From contig RSEE01000104.1 of the NCBI GenBank assembly GCA_003971905.1, positions 1 to 64,000 on the forward strand: 64,000 nucleotides of DNA, written 5' to 3'. Shown here one piece after another: positions 1 through 9,092 of this stretch. The position numbers and the translations under genes are program-made. The notes beneath the pieces are model-generated. The model did not search any database. It was given only the letters and a program-made list of their open reading frames with translations, and was not told where the DNA came from. Origin of the DNA: Moniliella sp. 'wahieum' (taxonomy: Eukaryota). Position 1 is the stretch's first letter. Each line of letters starts with the position of its first letter.

Positions 1-2137
1 TAGCGAGCTACCCGAAGGGGAGAGAGTTATGCCGAGGCGATAGCGAGCTACCCGAAGGGGAGAGAGTTATGCCGAGGCGATAGCGAGCTACCCGAAGGGG
101 AGAGAGTTATGCCGAGGCGATAGCGAGCTACACCGAAGGGGAGAGAGTTATGCCGAGGCGATAGCGAGCTACCCGAAGGGGAGAGAGTTATGCCGAGGCG
201 ATAGCGAGCTACCGAAGGGGAGAGAGTTAGCCGAGGCGATAGCGAGCTACCCGAAGGGGAGAGAGTTATGCCGAGGCGATAGCGAGCTACCCGAAGGGGA
301 GAGAGTTATGCCGAGGCGATAGCGAGCTACCCGAAGGGGATAGTTATGCCGAGGGATAGCGAGCTACCCGAAGGGGAGAGAGTTATGCCGAGGCGATAGC
401 GAGCTACCCGAAGGGGAGAGAGTTATGCCGAGGCGATAGCGAGCTACCCGAAGGGGAGAGAGTTATGCCGAGGCGATAGCGAGCTACCCGAAGGGGAGAG
501 ATTATGCCGAGGCGATAGCGAGCTACCGAAGGGGAGAGTTTATGCCGAGGCGATAGCGAGCTACCCGAAGGGGAGAGAGTTATGCCGAGGCGATAGCGAG
601 CTACCCGAAGGGGAGAGAGTTATGCCGAGGCGATAGCGAGCTACCCGAAGGGGAGAGAGTTATGCCGAGGCGATAGCGAGCTACCCGAAGGGGAGAGAGT
701 TATGCGAGGGATAGCGAGCTACCGAAGGGAGAGAGTTATGCCGAGGCGATAGCGAGCTACCCGAAGGGAGAGAGTTATGCCGAGGCGATAGCGAGCTACC
801 CGAAGGGGAGAGAGTTATGCCGAGGCGATAGCGAGCTACCCGAAGGGGAGAGAGTTATGCCGAGGCGATAGCGAGCTACCCGAAGGGGAGAGAGTTATGC
901 CGAGGCGATAGCGAGCTACCCGAAGGGGAGAGAGTTATGCCGAGGCGATAGCGAGCTACCCGAAGGGGAAGAGTTATGCCGAGGCGATAGCGAGCTACCC
1001 GAAGGGGAGAGAGTTATGCCGAGGCGATAGCGAGCTACCCGAAGGGGAGAGAGTTATGCCGAGGCGATAGCGAGCTACCCGAAGGGGAGAGAGTTATGCC
1101 GAGGCGATAGCGAGCTACCCGAAGGGGAGAGAGTTATGCCGAGGCGATAGCGAGCTACCCGAAGGGGAGAGAGTTATGCCGAGGCGATAGCGAGCTACCC
1201 GAAGGGGAGAGAGTTATGCCGAGGCGATAGCGAGCTACCCGAAGGGGAGAGAGTTATGCCGAGGCGATAGCGAGCTACCCGAAGGGGAGAGAGTTATGCC
1301 GAGGCGATAGCGAGCTACCCGAAGGGGAGAGAGTTATGCCGAGGCGATAGCGAGCTACCCGAAGGGGAGAGAGTTATGCCGAGGCGATAGCGAGCTACCC
1401 GAAGGGGAGAGAGTTATGCCGAGGCGATAGCGAGCTACCCGAAGGGGAGAGAGTTATGCCGAGGCGATAGCGAGCTACCCGAAGGGGAGAGAGTTATGCC
1501 GAGGCGATAGCGAGCTACCCGAAGGGGAGAGAGTTATGCCGAGGCGATAGCGAGCTACCGCGAAGGGGAGAGAGTTATGCCGAGGCGATAGCGAGCTACC
1601 CGAAGGGAGAGAGTTATGCCGAGGCGATAGCGAGCTACCCGAAGGGAGAGAGTTATGCCGAGGCGATAGCGAGCTACCGAAGGGGAGAGAGTTATGCCGA
1701 GGCGATAGCGAGCTACCCGAAGGGGAGAGAGTTATGCCGAGGCGATAGCGAGCTACCCGAAGGGGAGAGAGTTATGCGAGGCGATAGCGAGCTACCCGAA
1801 GGGGAGAGAGTTATGCGAGGCGATAGCGAGCTACCCGAAGGGGAGAGAGTTATGCCGAGGCGATAGCGAGCTACCCGAAGAGAGTTATGCCGAGGCGATA
1901 GCGAGCTACCCGAAGGGGAGAGAGTTATGCCGAGGCGATAGCGAGCTACCCGAAGGGAGAGAGTTATGCCGAGGCGATAGCGAGCTACCCGAAGGGAGAG
2001 AGTTATGCCGAGGCGATAGCGAGCTACCGAAGGGGAGAGAGTTATGCCGAGGCGATAGCGAGCTACCCGAAGGGGAGAGAGTTATGCCGAGGCGATAGCG
2101 AGCTACCGAAGGGGAGAGGTTATGCCGAGGCGATAGC
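1..2137. repeat. 40-bp tandem array (TAGCGAGCTACCCGAAGGGGAGAGAGTTATGCCGAGGCGA)n, about 53 copies; satellite or possible non-canonical terminal repeat
   Basis: The unit can be read directly and runs from base 1 with no spacers. Variants are mostly 1-nt indels, and about 971-1555 is a perfect run. Confidence 0.97.
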
Positions 2138-2393
2138 TCGCTATAAAATCGTCCGCTCTATGCAGCATATGCCCTCCGTTTTTCGATTGGACCACCCGTT
2201 CAAAAGTTACACCCCCCATCCCTAACCTACCCACCCCGACCCACCCACCCCACCCTCCGATGGCCTCGACGATAGCTCGCTACGAAATCGTCCGCTCTAT
2301 GCAGCATATGGCCTCCGTTTTTCGATTGGACCACCCGTTGAGAAGTTACACCCCCCCATCCCTAACCCTACCCACCCCGACCCACCCCCCACC
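2131..2393. repeat. Two tandem copies of a 139-bp subtelomere-like repeat with C-rich CCCTAA-like tracts
   Basis: Copy 1 starts cgatagctcgcta at 2131 and copy 2 at 2270. Both contain aatcgtccgctctatgcagcatatg...cgattggaccacccgtt...ccatccctaacc(c)tacccaccccgaccc. Confidence 0.9.
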
Positions 2394-2794
2394 ACAAATA
2401 GAATCCGTACCAACTGCAGGCTGGAAATAAATAGAATTCGACACTAGTGTCAAATTGCATTTGTGGCCGTCATATCATCGATCAGCCGTACCAAATGTAT
2501 CACTGAACATACGTCTAGTCCCAAAGTCATGCTGTTGTTCGTTTGAACACCGTTGATACTTGTTCAGGTACGCCTGTTGATCATCTATGCAAGTGCATGC
2601 CATGAAGCGCTTGACAAAGTGGGACAGTCGTTGTTAGGTTGGCCTCAAAGACCCACGACGGTCGTCGTCATTGTACACTTCAACATCTATGACAGGTGCT
2701 CGGATGCTTCTGTGTGCATGTACTAGAGTGCATGGAGAGGTAGGCTGGGATGGTATGCATTGCTATGTTCCTATACATGTTGATGTTCAAGACG

Positions 2795-3080
2795 GGGAGC
2801 AGAGGCGTGGAGATGGGGAGCACAGGCTTGGGGATGGCGAGCACAGGCTTGGTAACGAGGAGCAGGCTTGGGGATGGAGAGCGTGGGTGGAGGGCGCAGG
2901 CTTGGAGATGATGGGCAGAGGTTGGTGGCGAGTACAAGCTTGGGGATGACGAGCACAGGCTTGATGGGGAGTGCAGGCTTGGAGATGATGAGCACAGGCT
3001 TGGTGGCGAGCACACGCTTGGGGAGAGAGCGCAGGCTTGGACATGATGAGCACAAGGTTATGGCGAGCGCAAGCTTGGAC
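2795..3080. repeat. Degenerate ~21-bp minisatellite (gagcacaggcttggggatg-like)
   Basis: The caggcttgg core recurs about every 18-21 bp and explains the repetitive ORFs in several frames. Confidence 0.85.
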
Positions 3081-4309
3081 GCAACAGACAGAGCACGACG
3101 ATGTACTTGCACATGGCCTACTCGAGCTTGAGCATGGCCCGGCGAGCGTTGGGATGGGGGCAATGACGAGGGAGAGTGGAAGGATGAGAGGCAGAACACT
3201 GGTGCAAGAGCGGGTCAGAATGAGGCAGGGTGGCATGGGATGGAAGGAGATGGGATGGGGGATGCGTACCGATGCGCTGAACGACGTTGCACATGGCCCA
3301 GACGGCGTTCGGGATGAGCATCCCAAGCAGGGTGACAGCAGGGGCAGCCAAGCGAGTGCACATGGGCCGGCAGAGCGTCGGACGGGGACGGCATGGCAAG
3401 CTGCACGGTCAGCTGGGACGGGTGCGAGGCAAGTGGGTACATGGGCGAGACGAGCTTCCAGATGGCCAAGCCAAGCGTCCAGACGGCCACTCAAGCGCGG
3501 CAGCGGTGGCAGCAGCCGAGACGGTGACCTTGGACGGCCAGGACGCCAGACCGAGGCCAGCAAGCATGCACAACGCCATGCACCATCCCTGCACCATTCC
3601 CTGCTTCCGCTTGGCCGGCCCGACGGTGGCGATGGCCGAATGAATGGTGATGGTGGCCGAGCCAATGGCGGTGGTGGCCGCTCAGTGGTGGGGATGGCCT
3701 GGGCGTGCGTGGGAGGTGGGAGCGCGGCGCTGGGGCGGGTGGGGAGGCAGGGGACGTGGGAAAGAGCGCCAGGGTGACGGGCAGTACCTGCAGAGACCCA
3801 GAAGCTGGACAGAAGACACAGAGGCGAGAGGGTCAGTAGAGGGCCGGTGTGGAAGATGAGGCGCGGGAGGCACCGAATGGGGGAAAGGAGGCTCAGAACG
3901 AGGGGCTAAACGAGGCAACAGACCTTGGGGGGCGGGCAAAGCCAGCCGGGTTGGGGGGGGGCGTGGTAAGAAACCAACCAGATCCGTCGCCTGGCCCGTG
4001 CATTCATCCGCCGCGGGCTGAAAATATTAACATTTGCAATTGCACCGATGCACGCGCAGCCTGCGCGGTCAGATTGGCTCGGCCGCCACCAAATCGACCA
4101 ACCGCCACCACCACCAACGCATCCACCGCCACACGCCCGTTCTCCATCGTGGTGCATCGTCTTGCGCCCCACGCGTGCGCGTCTGAAAGAGGACTACCTG
4201 GGGCACGCTACGCCCACCCTCGTGCTCTGACTCGTCCCAAATTGGTGGGGCACCGACGCTGTTTGTTGGGACCGTGCGCCGTCTGGACCGCACCTGAGGT
4301 AATTGGATG

Positions 4310-5900
4310 TGGTGTAACCTCAATCCTGGACCGAATCAAAAGCGCATCATCATTCTTGAAAGCCTTGATTCTGGGCTACGCTACACCGTTGACAGATCTC
4401 TGATTCGTCCAGAATTGGTTGAACCGCCGGCAGCATCAACATCGACCATCCGCTGTTTGGACCTAACCTCTGATGTTCACATGTGTGTGACCCCAATCCG
4501 GGCCCAATCTGCGTGCCCCCGACCTCCCATGGAAGCCCTGCTTCTGATGCAAGATGTGCATGTATGCAATCTATTGTTTGATGAGGATTGGTGCTGTGCC
4601 GGCGCCGTCAACATAGACCTTCATCCGAATCAAGCTAACATCAGATGTTGGGGCGTGTTCTGACCTCAATGCTGGACCAATCCTGGAGCGCCTTACCTCC
4701 CCTGGAAGCCCTGCTTGTAGTGCACGATGGGGCGCGACGATCTCTGGCATCCGACGACAACTGGTGGAGCGGCGGCGCCATCAACACCCACTGCCCGTGT
4801 TTGGACCTGCTGTGCACCATCGCTTCAGCTGGTGGACAGATGCAGATGGTAGTCGATGTAGGCCTGCCCTGGTGGAAGGCGAGGGAGTAGCTGCAGCGGG
4901 AGGCTTGGATGAGGCGTGCACCTGAGCGGGAGCGGCTGGGATCGATGCATGCTGGGATGAGATGGTGGCGTATGCCGGCGGGACCAAAATGGCGATATCT
5001 CAGCCGTCTCTCATCCGTTCTGGCTCACATTTGGCATGCTACCAACAGTGAGCAAGCACTGTTGGAGGCATGCATCAGATCCTCCATCTGCCTCACGATC
5101 AGGGGCAACGCGCATAGAGGTGTGCTAGCGCCAAATGAAGCACGGATATGGACGATTGCTCACCACGAGACGGCCATGCATGGTGACATGGGTGGTGGTG
5201 GTGGTGAAGTGGTGGTGGCGGTGGCGGCGCTGGATAATGGTTTGCGCACACCAACATCAGATGCGCTGCGCCGGCAGCGCGCACAGCGGTGGACAGCGGT
5301 CGGATGGCCACAGGCCAGAGTTGGGACTGGACACGGCGCACAGCGTGGCAGGGCCCGCTTGGCGGATTGACCCAGAATGCAAGGTAAAGACAGGCCTGAC
5401 CACTTGTGACAAGCGGCTCTTCGGCCCAATGCAGGACCAGTCACCAAGCGGACCGCAACGGCCCCAGCCGCCCCGCCGAGGACCTGTCACCAAGCGGACC
5501 CAGCCACGGCCCAAGTCGGCACGCCAGGACCCATCACCGAGCGCACCTAGCCACGGTCCGGGCCGGCACGCCCCCACCTGCCCCGACCAGAAACAACCAA
5601 TTACCTTGGTCGCGAATGGCCCTATCGTCGTTGCCGATCCCCCACGGAGCGCTGGCCCAGGCGCCACACAGGCCAGAGTCGGGACCGGGCACGGCGCAAG
5701 CAGCGTGGCAGCGCCCGCTACGTTTCCGCAAGGAACGCCATCAAAGAATGTCAGAGCTCACCAAACGTCAGACCCCGCATTTTGCCCTCCTCACATGTCA
5801 CATTCCAGGCGTGACAGCGTGAATACCGCATTCCAGGACTAAGCCCCACCCGAAATGTCAGAGATCACCAAACGTCAGGCACCACATTTTGGTCCCCATC
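4310..5900. repeat. Patchwork of diverged direct repeats (subtelomeric or TE-derived)
   Basis: ggaagccctgctt at ~4531 and ~4705; tgtttggacct at ~4454 and ~4797; cacaggccagagtYgggacYggRcacggcgca at ~5309 and ~5667; aatgtcagagMtcaccaaacgtcag at ~5747 and ~5854. Confidence 0.65.
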
Positions 5901-6008
5901 ACACTGTGGTGGCTGACTTTCGTGGGGTGTCCCAGTTTGGGCTAAAATACCTGTCTCAGTACTAATTGAGCCGCGTTTTGACAGGACTCATCACACGCCA
6001 ATATAAGA

Positions 6009-7207
6009 CTAGGTCCATGGGCTCGGCTTCGGGCGACGAGGGCCGAAACCAATGATTGCCGCCCGATCCCGGGGAGGTTGCGGTACCATGAGCGCCCAAC
6101 GATTGCGATTGGTCGATGTCAATGGCCGCTGTGCGCAGTTGTTCGAAACTGATCCGTCCAAAGTGAGCCGACTCGCCGCGGGAGGCGATTGCGTCACGCA
6201 CCCGCGGCTTCAAGCCGTACAGAAAGTGATAGTAGCGGTCCTCATCCGACGCGTTGGGGTTCCAGCGACGCAGCAGAACCGTGAACGTAGCGGAATAGTC
6301 CGCTGCAGATCCCGTCTGCCGAAGACGACCAAACTCCTCAAACGCCTTCAGCGCCGGGTTGCGCTCGCCCCACGCTCCAGGAAAGCTGCGCGAAACGCAG
6401 GCCAAGACCGGAGGGCGGGTGTGGTGCGCGCCTCCAGGGGAAGGGCCACCTCCGAACCGAACTGCTCGACCCAAGTGAGGGCCTCCCCCTAGCAGGCCCA
6501 TGAAGCGGTCGATCCATGCCGCCGCGCCCAGATGCGTGAGGGCGACGCGCGCGTAAATCTCGAAGGAGGTGACGACGTGCTGGGCCTGGACCGGTCCCGA
6601 GAGTTGGGATTCGCACCAGACGACGGGCGGAAAACGAACGGGCTCGAACATCTTCGGCTCTTCCGACACCTTGTTCGGGATGGCGGTCAGATCACCATAA
6701 GGCCCAGGGGCGGGAGCGGGGGCGGGGCCCGAGGACACCACGCCAGTTTAGCCTCCGTACCGAGGCGGCCAACCGGGCCTCTTCCGCGGCGAGCGCCGCC
6801 TCCTCCCGCCGCTGACGGAGGCGGTGCTCACGGCGCTTCGCCTCTTGCTCATCCTCGAAAGCGCCGCTGGTCCTTCTGGGCTGCAAGGTAGGCCTGGTGT
6901 TCCCGGGCCTTCGTCAACAGAACTGGCGCATTCTGCGGGCCTCATCGACCCGGCGCTGAGCGGCCTCGAGGTCCAGGCCGGACAGGTCGGAGGCAGGCAA
7001 TGTATACCCCGGGGGCGCGGGCGCAACAGACGGAGCTGCATGGGGGGGTTCAGAGGGGCCAGCCGGGTGGAACCACTCCGGGCCATCGTCGTCGAACGGA
7101 GCGTCAGAGGGGGGGTCGGACGGGGGTCGGATCGGGCCGCGCCGCGCGATGGGGTGCGGCGCGCTAGGGTTACTGGGGTCATGGGGGTTGTCGTGGATCG
7201 AGGACAT
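6009..7207 (-). pseudogene. Retrotransposon Gag (Retrotrans_gag-like capsid domain), frameshifted and truncated
   Basis: ORFs 6914-7207, 6692-6886 and 5962-6741 join by frameshifts. The LxQtGSvxdY..F and F..GLK..vr motifs and PMDL are typical of fungal Ty3/gypsy Gag. Confidence 0.85.
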
Positions 7208-7248
7208 CTCTGGTCGGGCTCGCCTGTTGACGGTTAGACGAACGATAA

Positions 7249-7430
7249 TGTCACAGTCAGGGCTAAGGCGAGGGAGACCAGGATCGGACTAGGCCAAGGG
7301 GTGTAGCAATCGTTCGTGGGGAAGAAGCAAGAACAGAGGACATGGTGCGAAGTGGAAGGAACAGGGAAGGAGCGAGACGCTCGAGACGAAGAAATTGGAA
7401 ATGGGGAGCGAGATCAGCCAAACTATGACA
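7249..7430 (-). repeat. LTR, 182 bp
   Basis: TG...CA ends with an imperfect 9-bp terminal inverted repeat. It lies 41 bp upstream of the gag ATG. Confidence 0.75.
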
Positions 7431-7817
7431 CCTATCGATTCGGCTATGACATGCGAGGCCTGGAGCTACCGCGCGTCCGCCCGACGCATGACTTACATTC
7501 CGGCTTCGCAGATCCACACCATCTTTGGCCCGCTTAACATCCAGCACAATTGCGTGAAGGCCCAGTGCCGGGTTGTCCCCAACAGCATTACGGATACAAC
7601 CACTGGCTTGACGTTCGATGGGGTCCAGCACAACAACTTGTCTGGGACGTCGGCGGTACAGCGCTACGTGCTCAACCACTTTGTCAACTCTGTCTCTCCC
7701 CACACCGATATCTGCGACTTGCGGACTTGGCTTTTGCCCAAGACTGGGCGGTCGAGGGCGAGAATGTCCTTCTGCCGACGATGTTTGGAAGCAGTACAAT
7801 CCGTAATGAATGTTTAG
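7431..7817 (+). mobile_element. C-terminal fragment resembling basidiomycete DNA-transposon (CACTA/EnSpm-like) proteins
   Basis: The pattern NIQHNCVKAQC...VQH...RYVLNH matches the N[VI]QH[DN]C-x4-C...H...Y[VI]LN tail I recall from basidiomycete transposase-associated proteins. The LTR abuts its 5' side. Confidence 0.5.
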
Positions 7818-7965
7818 ATACTTCCGAATGGCTACTAATGATGGTAGTCACCACTGTTGATGTATACTCTACACCATCAGTCTATCAGTTTTTAGCGACT
7901 TGGCTGAAAACGGACACAGCACATGTGGCTGCCCACAAGATTGCCAAATTGCTGCTGGAGTCTTA

Positions 7966-8037
7966 GGCTCCATTGGTGCAACGGCCAATTCTTACTATTG
8001 GCTGGAGAAACCTCAGGTTCAATTCGTGGGTCGGCCA
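7966..8037 (+). pseudogene. Decayed tRNA-like gene (His- or Gln-like) or SINE head
   Basis: 72 nt with an A-box-like TGGTGCAACGG, a B-box GGTTCAATTC in a near-complete T stem, and a T6 run at 8040-8045. The acceptor and D stems are mismatched. Confidence 0.45.
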
Positions 8038-9092
8038 TCTTTTTTAAGATGACTCGAGGCTGGCCGCCGTTCACAACATATTGCGACTAGAATAGCGGAC
8101 AAGGTTGCGACGAGCTTTATAGGCAGCAATCTAGGGACAACCTCGCTGGGCGGCCTTGCCGCGGTGTGGTCCAAGAGGTTGGGACTAGCTGTGTCAGAAT
8201 CACACCGTGCTAGGGGCCCTTGCCCACTAGGCCCGTATGGGCACTATGGCGTGATTCTATCAGTTGGGAGATCCTGTGTCCACCTCTCGACTGTGCCCCC
8301 TTCCTGAGGAGGTCATATACCTCCTCGTCCATAGATGTATGCATCCATCTGCACACTTTCCCCCATCTCCGTCTCCTGACAAGCTGTGTTGGCGAGGCTG
8401 TGACAAGGTTGTGCCCCTCAAATCTAAAGACAAGCTTGTGGCGAGGCCGGCAAGGTTCTGGGCTAGAAATTTCGATTAGCTATGCTAAGCGTGAGCACCG
8501 GAACCACGCGCGGACCGCTGAGGAGCTCTGGCTGTGCCTGCTGCTCTCCGGTCGCGTCTGGCGCTCCCTCTCGCCCGCGGGCTACCGCATTGTCACGCGG
8601 GTTAGTTGCCAGCAAGCGCCAGCCAGCGGGGCGGGCCCGAGGCCTTGCTCTGGAGCAGCGTGCTCTCTCGCTGATCACCTGCGGCTCAAGTTCAATACCT
8701 TCAATGCCCGCCACCGGCGCCACGCCTGCGTTGATCGTGCTGGACGAGGCGAGCCAGGTGCACCGCGATCGGGTCCTAGACGACGGCGAGCTGCAAAGCG
8801 GTGCGTTCCTCGTGTGGGACTGGGGCCAGCAGGCGGAGCGGTGGTTGGCGGCGCACTAGCCTCACCCAAGGCGAGGCGGAGCGGCACTCACTTATAAAAT
8901 ACGTGCCGATCGGGGCGCCACAAGGTCAGTGCTTAATTGTGCAGGGCCAAAGCGGCGGTTGTGGGGTAAATAGACGTGGGGCTGTGGGCCGTGCGCACCG
9001 CCCCCCTCGGGTTAGCTAAGCAAGAGGGCAATATGTAGCCGCCAAAGTACACACGCGGCGAAGAAGAAACGGGACGGAGCGTCTTGCTCGCC

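Larger units (their letters stand above)
6009..7430 (-). mobile_element. Truncated Ty3/gypsy (chromovirus-like) LTR retrotransposon: 5' LTR, PBS and gag, with no pol and no 3' LTR
   Basis: The LTR at 7249-7430 is bounded by TGTCACAGT and ACTATGACA (8/9 inverted). A 9-nt PBS follows on the minus strand. The gag ORF starts at ATG 7207 and contains LRQTGSAADYSATF...FLYGLKPRVRDAI and a terminal EPMDL motif. Confidence 0.85.

Noticed and set aside
1..2137. CRISPR array
   Set aside because: The units are contiguous and identical with no unique spacers. The context is eukaryotic and there are no cas genes.
2671..5842. Many overlapping ORFs in the subtelomere-like region
   Set aside because: They have no recognisable domains and are explained by GC-rich minisatellites and direct repeats.
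7985..8001. Ochre-suppressor tRNA (TTA in a 7-nt loop)
   Set aside because: The loop lacks U33 and purine-37, and the D and acceptor stems do not pair, so it is not a functional tRNA.
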